DNA of 27,997 nucleotides from Gemmatimonadota bacterium (lineage in GTDB: Bacteria; Latescibacterota; UBA2968; UBA8231), in assembly GCA_038153405.1 (NCBI GenBank), contig JAYOYH010000021.1:45913-73909 (forward strand). Direction: 5' to 3'. Positions 16,123-25,094 of this stretch are shown here, piece after piece. The position numbers were made by a program, and so were the translations under genes. Numbering within the stretch: position 1 is the stretch's first letter; the number at the start of each line of letters is the position of its first letter. The notes under the pieces are model-generated. The model saw only the letters and a list, made by a program, of their open reading frames with translations. It had not been told where the DNA came from and did no database searches.

Positions 16123-18645
16123 TCATTCTTCCATACCGGCCTCCGTCAGCGCCTCTAGCAGCGGTGGCACGCCGAAGTACACTAGACTCAGTGCGGTGGG
16201 GTTCATGGCTACGGCGCCGCGCCGACTGGGGTGTTCGCTCCAGTCCTGTGCCGCGCGCACATGCCGCAAAACGGTGCGTCCAACTTCCAGATAGCGCTGT
16301 TCCCCCGTCAGGCGATAGGCCCGGGCTAGGCTGCCGCAGAGGCTGCCGTAGTAGTGCTGTCCCAGCGCAACGTCCGCGCTGAATGCGCCCGGTCCACCGC
16401 AAAACCAATCCACGGCGCGCAGGTAGGTTTGCCCCACGTCGTCGCGGTCCGTTAGCCGATGCATGAGCTCGAGTCCAATGAGCAGGTAATGGGTCTGGTA
16501 GCCCTTCTGTTCGACATAGGGCAGCACTTTTTTTAACGCGGTGAAGGAGCCGCCCAGCGCGCGGTACTCTTCGTCGCTAAAGGGGGGGGCTGTGCCCATT
16601 TCCACGGCCAACGTCGAGCCTTCGGTGGCCATGCCGTAGGGGGCCTGGTCGGGCAGTTTGTCTTCAGTCGATATTTGGAAGCGCTTGTGCCAGCTACCGT
16701 CGGCGTTCTGTCCGCGCGCGATGACGTCGTAGACGGCTTCGGCGCGCTGCATAAAGCGCGCTTGGCCCGTTACTTCATAGGCGTAGAGCAGGCCGCGCAG
16801 CACGTTGGCAATGGAGCGCAGGCTGAAACTGTAGCGAGGATCTTCCGTCCAGCGGTAGTTGAGAAAAAAAGCACCCGCCTCCTCGATGACCTCGCGCGCA
16901 CGGCCGTCGCCCGTCAGGTAATAGAAATCGGTCCAGTTGTCGATAAACGTATGCGAGGCGCAGGGCTCGTCGCCGAAGTGGTCCATGCTGTGGCGATAGC
17001 AGCCCCCTACCCAGTAGGGGCGCAGCGGCTGGTAGTGGCAGGTGTCCACGTCGAGCGAATGGCGCGTCATGGCCTCGGCCAAGTCGAAGAAGGATCGCTC
17101 GCCGGTGCGCAGAAAATGCAGCCAGACGGCGTGGCGCGGATCCCATTCGCTATTGCACCAACCCCAGCGTCCTTTAAAGCGCCAGGCATCGGCTCCTTCC
17201 TCCCAGGTGGCCAGCACATCGCCCCAGTCCAAGTAGCCGTACCAGCGCTCCTGGCTGATTTGTCGCTGCATCCACTCGACAAAGCCGCCGAGCATGCGTT
17301 CGCTCTCGGCGTAGCCGCTGCGCTGGCCGTTGCCCAGCAGGGGCGCGAATCCAGCGCTGTCTTCGCCAAGCGACACGCACGGCCAGCCCAGCGCTGCGCT
17401 GAGAGTCTGTTCGACCGTCGCGCTATCGTCGCCGAAGCAGAGGAAGAATTCACTGCTTTTGGCGCTGCCCAAGCCATCGCTGTAGACGCCCTCTCCTTCG
17501 TGCCATGCCACGCTTTCGGAATAGCGCTGGTAGCTGAGTGGGTCGCCGTCCCCGCTGCGCCAGAGAAAGATGTCGATACCGTCGGCACTTGCACCCAGCG
17601 CTTTGGGGTACTCCTCGGCCATGTAGCGCAGCGCCACGCCGGTCGCCCGATCGCCATCGTCGCGCAGGATCCAGCCGCCGCAGCGCTCGGTCTCGGCGCG
17701 CGTTTGGCGCTGGAGGCCGCTGCAGTGCAAAAGCTGAACATAGTTGTCGCGTTCCTGGGCGAGCAGTGCGTATTCGCCCGCACCTAAACGCAGCTCGCGT
17801 CGCCGCACGGCATCGACGACGCAGCGCGGCGCAGGGGCCGCTGCCAGCGGCAGGTGCAGAGCCAGCTCGCGCACGCTTACCTCGCGCGCCGACCCGGTGA
17901 AAACGACCGTGTGGACTACGCGGAGAAAGGCGTGCCCGGCATAGGCATAGATGCGCGTGATCCAGCGCAGTGGCCGGTAGCCTGCGTAGTGGTGCATGGG
18001 CACATCCGCTTCATAGGCTCCGCTGCAGCGAATAACAGTGCGCAGCGGTCCGGACTCTTCCACGCGGGCATCGTACTCGTCCTCGGCCAGCGAAGCTCGA
18101 CAGGTGCCGCCCATGCCGTAGAGTTGCCTGTGCGTGCCGCCGTCGTGCGACGATTCGTCAATAACGGCCCACGCATCGCCGGCCGCCTGTTTGAGAAGCT
18201 GTCGTTCGGCGATAAAGTGCCCTTGCGCATCGCGCTGTCCTAGTTCGGCGTAGTCGAGCAGGGTAAAACGCCGTTTGCCGATGCCAAAGTGCAGCGGACC
18301 GGTGCACACGGCGATGTGGTCGTCATCTTCTGTGATTTCGACTGCCGTTTGCACGGCCACATCATGGCTGTCGTCGTTCCAGCGCAGCGCGAACGTTTTG
18401 GACTGTCGCGCCGATAAATCAGCCTGAAAGTCGGTGAGGACCCACTTGATGCTGCCGTCGTGCCAGCGCGATAGCACGCGGAATTGGGCGGGTTGAGCTA
18501 GGTTCGATTCGTCCCACAGGCACAGCGAGTCTATTTCGCGCGCGCTGCCCTCGGGGAGCGCCACGCCGCGCGTTAGGGGCCACGCCCGGCGTGCCAATCC
18601 ATCCTCTTCTCGCACGTGTAGTGCCACCCATTTGTTCTGTTCCAC
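16123..18645 (-). CDS. PcRGLX/YetA-like (PL26-related) putative exo-acting polysaccharide lyase
   Basis: GTG 18645 with AAGGAG RBS. N-terminal 'WPLTRGVALPEG...PAQFRVLSRWHDGSIKW', central 'EESGPLR', 'TRIYAYAG', 'GSAKSSE', catalytic-domain 'WYGYLDWGD', 'WCNSE', 'EAMTRHSLDVD', then alpha/alpha-barrel repeats (YYLTGD, YEVTGQ, YRLTGEQRY). Confidence 0.72.
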   Translation of the reverse strand: MEQNKWVALHVREEDGLARRAWPLTRGVALPEGSAREIDSLCLWDESNLAQPAQFRVLSRWHDGSIKWVLTDFQADLSARQSKTFALRWNDDSHDVAVQTAVEITEDDDHIAVCTGPLHFGIGKRRFTLLDYAELGQRDAQGHFIAERQLLKQAAGDAWAVIDESSHDGGTHRQLYGMGGTCRASLAEDEYDARVEESGPLRTVIRCSGAYEADVPMHHYAGYRPLRWITRIYAYAGHAFLRVVHTVVFTGSAREVSVRELALHLPLAAAPAPRCVVDAVRRRELRLGAGEYALLAQERDNYVQLLHCSGLQRQTRAETERCGGWILRDDGDRATGVALRYMAEEYPKALGASADGIDIFLWRSGDGDPLSYQRYSESVAWHEGEGVYSDGLGSAKSSEFFLCFGDDSATVEQTLSAALGWPCVSLGEDSAGFAPLLGNGQRSGYAESERMLGGFVEWMQRQISQERWYGYLDWGDVLATWEEGADAWRFKGRWGWCNSEWDPRHAVWLHFLRTGERSFFDLAEAMTRHSLDVDTCHYQPLRPYWVGGCYRHSMDHFGDEPCASHTFIDNWTDFYYLTGDGRAREVIEEAGAFFLNYRWTEDPRYSFSLRSIANVLRGLLYAYEVTGQARFMQRAEAVYDVIARGQNADGSWHKRFQISTEDKLPDQAPYGMATEGSTLAVEMGTAPPFSDEEYRALGGSFTALKKVLPYVEQKGYQTHYLLIGLELMHRLTDRDDVGQTYLRAVDWFCGGPGAFSADVALGQHYYGSLCGSLARAYRLTGEQRYLEVGRTVLRHVRAAQDWSEHPSRRGAVAMNPTALSLVYFGVPPLLEALTEAGMEE

Positions 18646-18690
18646 GCCCGGTGTCTCCTTTCCGCTTGGTCTGCGGCGTGCGGGAGTCAT

Positions 18691-18719
18691 TTGCTCGACC
18701 CATCGAAGCCGCGTATTTT
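18691..18719 (+). promoter_or_regulatory. Putative sigma70 promoter for GH88
   Basis: TTGCTC, 17-bp spacer, TATTTT. It is followed by a hairpin (TCGCTCTC-AACA-GAGAGTGA, 18721-18740) and an AGGAG RBS. Confidence 0.45.
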
Positions 18720-18771
18720 TTCGCTCTCAACAGAGAGTGACTATAGCAAGTTAGTAAGAGAGGAGCGTTTC

Positions 18772-20145
18772 GTGAAACTAGATCGTCGTCTGACGGCAAA
18801 AAAACTTCAGCCATCTATCGCGCATTTTCTCGACCATACAGCGCGTAAAATTTACGATCTCGACAAGAAGTGGAATCCCGCCAAGGGCACGCCTGTTTTT
18901 ACGTGGAAGGGACGCTATACAACACGCGGCTGGACGGAGTGGACACAGGGCTTCCAGTATGGCTGCGCTATCTTGCAGTACGATATGACAGGCGACGAGC
19001 GCTTTTTGGAAATGGGTCGCAGCAAGACGGTGTTGCATATGGCGCCGCACGTGTCGCATATCGGTGTGCACGACCACGGCTTTAACAACCTGTCGACCTA
19101 TGGTAACCTGCGTCGACTCATGCTGGAAGGCGTGCTGCCCCACGACCCGCGCGAGCTCGAATTTTACGAGCTGGCCATTAAGCTATCCGGCGCCGTGCAG
19201 GCGGCGCGCTGGACCGAGACGGCCTACGGGCACGGTTTTATCCACTCATTTAATGGGCCGCACTCGCTCTTTTCTGACACGATGCGCTCGCTGCGTATTC
19301 TCGGTCTTGCGCACGAGTTGGGTCACGTGCTGATGGGCGAGGGAGACAAGGCCATCAGCCTACTGGGGCGTTTGGTGGAGCACGCCACGAGCAACGCCCA
19401 ATACAATGTCTACTACGGCGAGGGACGCGATAGGTACGACGTGTCTGGTCGCGTCGTGCATGAATCAATCTTCAATGCGAAAGACGGTCAGTATCGCTGT
19501 CCGAGCACCCAGCAAGGCTACGCACCCTTTTCGACGTGGACGCGCGGTCTGGCCTGGGTGCTGCTGGGCTATGCCGAGCAGTTGGAGTACTTCGACGCGC
19601 TGTCGACGAGCGCTCTCAAGCCGTTTGGCGGCAAGGCGGCGCTGGTCAAGATGATGGAAAAGGCGGCGCTGGCCACGGCCGAGTTTCATATCGAAAACTC
19701 TTTTGCCGACGGCGTGCCCTTTTGGGATACGGGTGCGCCGGGTGTGGCCTCTTTTGGCAGGATAAGCAACAAAGCCTCCGATCCCTACAACGACGTCGAA
19801 CCGTTGGATAGCTCGGCGGCGGCCATCTGCGGTCAGGGCTATTTACGCTTGGGCAATTACTATGTGGGCAAGGGCGATAAGGCCAAGGCGAGCCGCTATC
19901 GCGCGGCGGCGTTTAAGATCGCTGCCACGCTTATGGATGCGCCCTATATGTCGACGGATCCGCGCCATCAGGGCATTACGCTGCACGCTATATACCACCG
20001 TCCCAACGGCTGGGACTACGTGCCGCCCAAGCGCAAGATTCCCTGCGGCGAATCGGCGATGTGGGGAGACTATCACACTATGGAACTGATCAACCTGATC
20101 AAACGCGAGGCTGAGGGTAAGGGGTATCCGGTCTTTTTCAAGTGA
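18772..20145 (+). CDS. Glycoside hydrolase family 88 (unsaturated glucuronyl hydrolase-like)
   Basis: GTG 18772 with AGGAG RBS. WTQGF, HDHGF and FSDTM (the two UGL acidic catalytic positions), QGY..FSTWTRGLAW, PFWD, DSSAAAI, WGDY. No signal peptide. Confidence 0.88.
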   Translation: MKLDRRLTAKKLQPSIAHFLDHTARKIYDLDKKWNPAKGTPVFTWKGRYTTRGWTEWTQGFQYGCAILQYDMTGDERFLEMGRSKTVLHMAPHVSHIGVHDHGFNNLSTYGNLRRLMLEGVLPHDPRELEFYELAIKLSGAVQAARWTETAYGHGFIHSFNGPHSLFSDTMRSLRILGLAHELGHVLMGEGDKAISLLGRLVEHATSNAQYNVYYGEGRDRYDVSGRVVHESIFNAKDGQYRCPSTQQGYAPFSTWTRGLAWVLLGYAEQLEYFDALSTSALKPFGGKAALVKMMEKAALATAEFHIENSFADGVPFWDTGAPGVASFGRISNKASDPYNDVEPLDSSAAAICGQGYLRLGNYYVGKGDKAKASRYRAAAFKIAATLMDAPYMSTDPRHQGITLHAIYHRPNGWDYVPPKRKIPCGESAMWGDYHTMELINLIKREAEGKGYPVFFK

Positions 20146-20432
20146 TATGTGAGTCAGGTGGTTTCAACTCTGAAGTGCACGTATTTCCCATGAGCCATTC
20201 CACACAAGACGGACTTGCGCCGTCGGTGCATGAGCGCGTGCTACGTTTTGACCACGGGCTACGCGCGGGAGATAGCGTCTTTTTGTCGCGTGATATTAAT
20301 TTGCTCAACCCCATTCAGCGTAAAGTGGTCAACAGGCTGAACCGTGAATTGAGCGCTGAGGTCATAGACTCGACGAACTCGGTATACGTTTTTCGCATTA
20401 CTGGAGCGCATACCACGGACGACTCTCTATAA
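20142..20432 (+). CDS. Small hypothetical ORF or gene remnant
   Basis: Fills the gap between GH88 and the dehydratase, GTGA overlap with the GH88 stop (alternative ATG at 20190). The C-terminal half is protein-like (SVFLSRDINLLNPIQRKVVNRL...SVYVFRI), but it is AT-richer than its neighbours and I recognise no family. Confidence 0.35.
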   Translation: MICESGGFNSEVHVFPMSHSTQDGLAPSVHERVLRFDHGLRAGDSVFLSRDINLLNPIQRKVVNRLNRELSAEVIDSTNSVYVFRITGAHTTDDSL

Positions 20433-20445
20433 GGAAAGGTGCTTT

Positions 20446-21591
20446 ATGCAAATTACAGCGATCAAACCCATCGTCGCCCGCTTTGGCAATCGCCCGCGCG
20501 TGCTGGTGAAAATCGAAACGGATGAGGGCATTAGCGGCTGGGGCGAGGCTTATTCCATCGGCCCCGATCTGTCTGTGGGCCCTGTTGTCGACTACTGCTT
20601 CGAGTTGATTAAGGGCATCGATCCGCGCCGCATCGAGTTTATTATGATGAAGCTGATGCAGCAATTTCGCTTTCCGCCCGGCGGCGTCGGGCTGTCGGCC
20701 ATATCGGCCATTGACCATGCACTGTGGGATATTTCGGGCAAAGCGGCCGGTCTGCCGGTATACATGCTGCTGGGCGGCGCAGTGCGCGACAAAATTCGCG
20801 TCTATCGCGGGATTGGCGGCCGCGACGGCATTGAGGCGGCCGAGCAGGCGCATAAGCTGCACGAGGAATACGGCTTTACCGCCTTCAAGACGAGTCCTTA
20901 CAAACTGAATCCGGACGCCAATCGATGGGGGCTGGTGTGCCGCGAGGCGGCGCGCTACTTCGAAGATATTCGCAAAAATACGCCGGAAGAGTGGGAATTC
21001 GCTTTTGATCCACACGCCAAAATTTTCGAGCCCATTCTGGCGTTGCAGTTGGCCAATGCGCTCGCCCCGTACGACCCGTTTTTCTATGAGGAGCCGCTGC
21101 GCCCGGAGCACATGCCGGCCTGGTCAAAGCTGCGCTCGCAGATGCAGGTGCCCCTGGCCACGGGTGAGTCGCTCTACACGCGCTTTGAGTTTTTGGACCT
21201 GCTCGCTTGCCAGGGCGCCGATATTATTCAGCCCGATATTTGTGTCTGCGGCGGTCTGCTGGAAATGCGAAAAATCGCTGCCATTGCCGAGGCCCACTAC
21301 GTCAGCGTTGCGCCGCATAACCCAATGGGGCCATTGGCCACGGCGGTCAATGTGCACTTTGCCGCCTCGCAGCCCAACTTCAAGATACTCGAATATATTC
21401 TGCCGACGCAGACCGATTGGCACGACTGGGTCGACGAACCCTACCTGCCCAAGGACGGCTATTTAGAACTGCGGCCGGACCGGCCGGGGTTGGGTGTTGA
21501 AATCAATGAAGATGCTATTACGGGCGACGAGTACGTGCACTGGGAGCGCTCGAGTCCGACGCGACCGGACGGCTCGACGGGCTACATTTAA
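20446..21591 (+). CDS. Mandelate racemase/enolase-superfamily acid-sugar dehydratase (galactonate dehydratase DgoD-like)
   Basis: AAGGAAAGG RBS. VKIETDEGISGWGE, SAIDHALWDI.GK..GLPVY.LLGG, GFTAFK, metal ligands FDPH / EEP / TGE, QPD, APHNP, LEY, PGLGVE. Confidence 0.9.
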   Translation: MQITAIKPIVARFGNRPRVLVKIETDEGISGWGEAYSIGPDLSVGPVVDYCFELIKGIDPRRIEFIMMKLMQQFRFPPGGVGLSAISAIDHALWDISGKAAGLPVYMLLGGAVRDKIRVYRGIGGRDGIEAAEQAHKLHEEYGFTAFKTSPYKLNPDANRWGLVCREAARYFEDIRKNTPEEWEFAFDPHAKIFEPILALQLANALAPYDPFFYEEPLRPEHMPAWSKLRSQMQVPLATGESLYTRFEFLDLLACQGADIIQPDICVCGGLLEMRKIAAIAEAHYVSVAPHNPMGPLATAVNVHFAASQPNFKILEYILPTQTDWHDWVDEPYLPKDGYLELRPDRPGLGVEINEDAITGDEYVHWERSSPTRPDGSTGYI

Positions 21592-21614
21592 AACGATTGT
21601 AGGGGTGGAATTAG

Positions 21615-21648
21615 AACGGGCCGGAGGCAGATGCCTCCGGCCCGTTTT
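21615..21648. terminator. Rho-independent, probably bidirectional terminator
   Basis: AACGGGCCGGAGGC-AGAT-GCCTCCGGCCCGTT perfect stem ending in TTTT, between convergent stops at 21591 and 21670. Confidence 0.85.
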
Positions 21649-21669
21649 GCATATAGTGAGATCTGTCGG

Positions 21670-22434
21670 CTAGTCCACGTCGACGTCCAGGATATAGCGG
21701 GCCGCCGGCGAGATGCGCTTGAATGTTTCGTAGCGCAGGTAGGTGCGCTGGTCGAGCTGCTGGCGGTGCTCGCGCGCCGTAAAGTAGCAGTGCATGGCGC
21801 GGCGCTGCAGGTCGCTGCTGGTATTCGTGGTGCCACCGTGCCAGGTGTGGCTGTTAAAGACGGCTACGGTGCCAGCCGGCGCGATCACGTACTCTTCGTC
21901 CGGATGCGGTGCCGTGGGATCGCCTAGCGCGTTGCGCGGATGCGGCTTTTTGTGCGAACCCGGCACTAGGCGCGTGCAGCCGTTGTCGCGGCTAAAGTCG
22001 TCGAGCAGCCAGACCGAGTTGCAGACGTGAAACTGGCCGTCGTAGTCGGCACCCCAGTCGGCGTGCAGACCCTGTAGGCCTTCACCGGGCAGTGCGTCGC
22101 GCGCATTGAGCGAAGAGAGCTTAAAGTCGCGGCCGATGACGTGGTGTATGCAGGCGAGCACTTTGGGATGGGTATAGATCAAGTCGAACATCGCGCCCTT
22201 ATTGACCAGATCGGACAGCCGCCGCGTGCCCTTTTCTTGATGGACTTCGATGCCGGCACCCGGTCCCTCCCGTTCGCACAGCTCTTCAAAGCGCTCGCGC
22301 AAGGCTTCGAGCCATACGCCATCTATTATACCGGGCAAGACCGCATACCCCTTTTCGTCGAGGTCGCGGCGGTTTTCGTCGCTGATAACGTCGGGTGTAG
22401 CGCCGAGCTCGCGTAGTGCTTGCGTAATATCCAT
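21670..22434 (-). CDS. PhyH-family Fe(II)/2OG dioxygenase
   Basis: QGLHADW (HxD), NSVWLLDDF..DNGCTRLVPGSH, AGTVAVFNSHTWHGG, RRA. Confidence 0.92.
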   Translation of the reverse strand: MDITQALRELGATPDVISDENRRDLDEKGYAVLPGIIDGVWLEALRERFEELCEREGPGAGIEVHQEKGTRRLSDLVNKGAMFDLIYTHPKVLACIHHVIGRDFKLSSLNARDALPGEGLQGLHADWGADYDGQFHVCNSVWLLDDFSRDNGCTRLVPGSHKKPHPRNALGDPTAPHPDEEYVIAPAGTVAVFNSHTWHGGTTNTSSDLQRRAMHCYFTAREHRQQLDQRTYLRYETFKRISPAARYILDVDVD

Positions 22435-22508
22435 AAGCGGAAATCCTAGTTATGTGGGTCGCGCGGCAACGCGCCGCTCTGTAAATATCTGCGCTGCGTG
22501 CGCTGCGC

Positions 22509-23999
22509 TCAACGGTCCAATCGCGCCTGCATATGACGGGCAAAGTATGCGTAGATCGCCTCGCGGTGCCCGGCGTCGTGGCGCTGCGCGTTGGTCGCGC
22601 TGATAACGGGTGCATCCTCGTCTAAGTGGACGGTAGAAGGAGCATCAAATAGCGCCCACTTAGCAAGGGCCGACTTCATATCGGCTACGGTTTGCGCACA
22701 GTCCGATTCGCCGTAGCGGTTGTGCACTTCGTGCGGATCGTCCTCCAGATCAAAAAACTGCGAGTGGCAGTCGTCGCGACACCAGAGCAGCTTGTGGCGC
22801 TGTGAGCGCACCATATAGCTGTGGCCGTTGCCCGACTCGGCAAAGATGTATTCGCGCTCGGGCAGTGCGCGCAGATCTGATCCCGCCATGTGCTTGGGCA
22901 CGGCGCAGCCGGCGCTCTGCAGCAGGGTAGGCGCGCAGTCTACGCTGTTGCAGAGCGCCTCGCAGACGGAGCCGGCTAGCTCCTGGCCGGGATATTTTAC
23001 AATCAGTGGTACGCGAATCAGTGGTTCGTACATGTGGTTTCCCTTGAGCAGCAGGTGGTGGTAGCCCATGTAATCGCCGTGGTCGCTGTTATATAGGATG
23101 AGCGCGTCGTCATATAGGTTATTCTCTTTGAGCAGGGCAACGAGACGGCCGACGTGGTGATCGATCTGCGAAATCGTCGCGTAGTAGTAGGCCATCGCGC
23201 AGCGTATTTTCGCCTCGGTCATCTCGTCCGAGGCGAAGTAGCCCCGACTAAAGGCCAGATCCTGCGGCAGCGGGGACGGCGTGTAACCAGGCAGCAGGTG
23301 CAGCGCATTGGGATCGTAGCGATCGGCCCAGGACGCCGGCGGGTCAAAGGGGTGATGTGGCTTGATAAAGCTGGTCATCAGTAGGTTGCCGCCGCCTTGC
23401 CAAGTGGCAACTTCTTCCATTGCGCGTTCGGCAATCCAGGTAGTGGAATGGTGCTCTTCGTCTAGGTCGGACACGAGCGCGCCGACGTTGTCCCAGTAGG
23501 ATGCCGGCGCGTGCTGGCGGTACTCGCGCTCCTGATCGAGTAGGTCGACAAAGTGGCTCTGCCCCTCGTCGCGCAGCCAGCGGTGGTAGTCGTCGTCGTA
23601 GCGACCTGCTCCATTTTGTTCGGCTAGTAACAGTTGGTCAAAGCCGACGTCGGCATAGGTCGGCGTCAGATGCATCTTGCCGACGGCCTTGGTGCGATAG
23701 CCGGCGTCGCGCAGGATGCGCGGAAAGGTTGCCAGGCCCGAGGGCAGCGTGCAGTGATTGCTACCGCCCAAGTGTTGGCGCACGTAGAGGCCCGACAGAA
23801 AAGAGTAGCGCGACGGGGTGCAGACTGGATAGGGGCAAAACGAGTTGGCATAGCGCACGCCGTCGTTAGCCAATGCGTCGATATGCGGGGTTTGCACGTC
23901 TGAGTTGCCGTAGGCGCCCATGCAGTCGGCGCGGTGCTGGTCGGCTTGAATAATGAGAATGTTGGGGCGCACCCTATCGCGTCCGGCGGTGTGGGTCAT
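22509..23999 (-). CDS. Cys-type sulfatase, family S1
   Basis: PNILIIQADQHR, CTPSR, GKMHL, KPHHPFDPP, SDHGD, RVPLIV, DPHE. No signal peptide. Start uncertain (ATG 23999 or a nearby GTG). Confidence 0.93.
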   Translation of the reverse strand: MTHTAGRDRVRPNILIIQADQHRADCMGAYGNSDVQTPHIDALANDGVRYANSFCPYPVCTPSRYSFLSGLYVRQHLGGSNHCTLPSGLATFPRILRDAGYRTKAVGKMHLTPTYADVGFDQLLLAEQNGAGRYDDDYHRWLRDEGQSHFVDLLDQEREYRQHAPASYWDNVGALVSDLDEEHHSTTWIAERAMEEVATWQGGGNLLMTSFIKPHHPFDPPASWADRYDPNALHLLPGYTPSPLPQDLAFSRGYFASDEMTEAKIRCAMAYYYATISQIDHHVGRLVALLKENNLYDDALILYNSDHGDYMGYHHLLLKGNHMYEPLIRVPLIVKYPGQELAGSVCEALCNSVDCAPTLLQSAGCAVPKHMAGSDLRALPEREYIFAESGNGHSYMVRSQRHKLLWCRDDCHSQFFDLEDDPHEVHNRYGESDCAQTVADMKSALAKWALFDAPSTVHLDEDAPVISATNAQRHDAGHREAIYAYFARHMQARLDR

Positions 24000-24105
24000 A
24001 GGTACTCTGTCGTTATGAAATGAATTGCGCACAATCCTCGCCGAGGTGCGAGGGCGATGCGGCGACTAGTGAGGTGGAGCGTAAAAGACTACAGTCCACC
24101 CCCGT

Positions 24106-24933
24106 TTACTTCGGCTCTACCAGCGCTTTGAGCGGCACGTCCTCGTCGCGCGGAATATAATAGCTTATCGCATCGTCCACGGCGCCGAGAAGCTGTTTCT
24201 GAATGGGGTTGGCGCGCGCCAAGAGCTCATCGGGCATTTGCACATAGTCCATCGGCTTAACCCAGCGATAGGCATAGCCGACAAAGAGGGTTTTACGCGG
24301 AAAGCCAGCCCAATTATGGCCCATGGAGTGGAAGGTGCGCTGTTCAAAAATAAAAGCCGATCCGGCGCGCACGTTCATCGCTTTAGCACCGTGCAAAAGG
24401 CCCGTATCTGGGTCGGCCGGCGGACGCCCGAGCATGCGGTTAGAACCGGGCACAATCCACGTCGCGCCCGACGAGGGCAGCGTCTGGTCACTCAGCGCAT
24501 AGGCAATCTTGAGCAAAATGCGCGGATGGGGCTCGGCCATTTCGTGCGACGAGGTACCGCCGTCCCGGTGCCAGCCTAGGCGGTGCTTTTTTTCTCCCGG
24601 AGGTTCGGCCTGCGAGGGCAAGACGATTAGGTGGGTTGTGATCATCTGTATGTTCCAGCCGAGAATCTGCCAGGCCAGCGGCGCTGTCGTCGGATGGTCG
24701 AGCAGCTGTAAAAAGGCGTCGTGGTGGACGATGCAGTTGCGCAGGTTGAGTTTGCCCGACGGCTCCAGCGTGCCCTCTTGCTCGGCGCGTGCATAGATCT
24801 GATCGGTGGCGGTATTGAGTTCATCCAGCAGGCTGGTAGGCAGGGCGTCTTCGATCAGCAGGTAGCCGTTTTGCTCAAAGAATGCGGCGTCCTGTTGGCT
24901 CAGAACGGCGGGCTGTGTTTGGGATAGCATCAT
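24106..24933 (-). CDS. PhyH-family Fe(II)/2OG dioxygenase
   Basis: ATG 24933 with GGGAG RBS. FEQNGYL, WHRDG (HxD), GATWIVPGS, AGSAFIFEQRTFHS, RKTLF. Confidence 0.9.
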   Translation of the reverse strand: MMLSQTQPAVLSQQDAAFFEQNGYLLIEDALPTSLLDELNTATDQIYARAEQEGTLEPSGKLNLRNCIVHHDAFLQLLDHPTTAPLAWQILGWNIQMITTHLIVLPSQAEPPGEKKHRLGWHRDGGTSSHEMAEPHPRILLKIAYALSDQTLPSSGATWIVPGSNRMLGRPPADPDTGLLHGAKAMNVRAGSAFIFEQRTFHSMGHNWAGFPRKTLFVGYAYRWVKPMDYVQMPDELLARANPIQKQLLGAVDDAISYYIPRDEDVPLKALVEPK

Positions 24934-25030
24934 AAAAGTGGACTCCCATCGCATTGGCGTCGATACAGATGGAGGAAGGTATTGCGCCATGCGCGGTCAG
25001 GCAAGCGGAGACATTTAGCTCGGTGTTTCT

Positions 25031-25075
25031 TAGATTGTCAAACGGCACACGTCCCTGCAGAAAGTAGATTGTCAA
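25031..25075. repeat. 11-bp direct repeat TAGATTGTCAA x2 in a divergent promoter region
   Basis: Exact copies at 25031-25041 and 25065-25075. The reverse complement TTGACAATCTA contains TTGACA. Confidence 0.7.
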
Positions 25076-25094
25076 GCTAAGAGGAGAGCGCTGT

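Noticed and set aside
16675..17787. 370-aa antisense ORF inside the PL26-like gene
   Set aside because: Shadow ORF typical of GC-rich coding DNA; no motifs or RBS.
24036..24100. Short stems CCTCGC/GCGAGG and GGTGGA/TCCACC between PhyH and the sulfatase
   Set aside because: 6-bp stems without U-tracts are expected by chance in GC-rich DNA.
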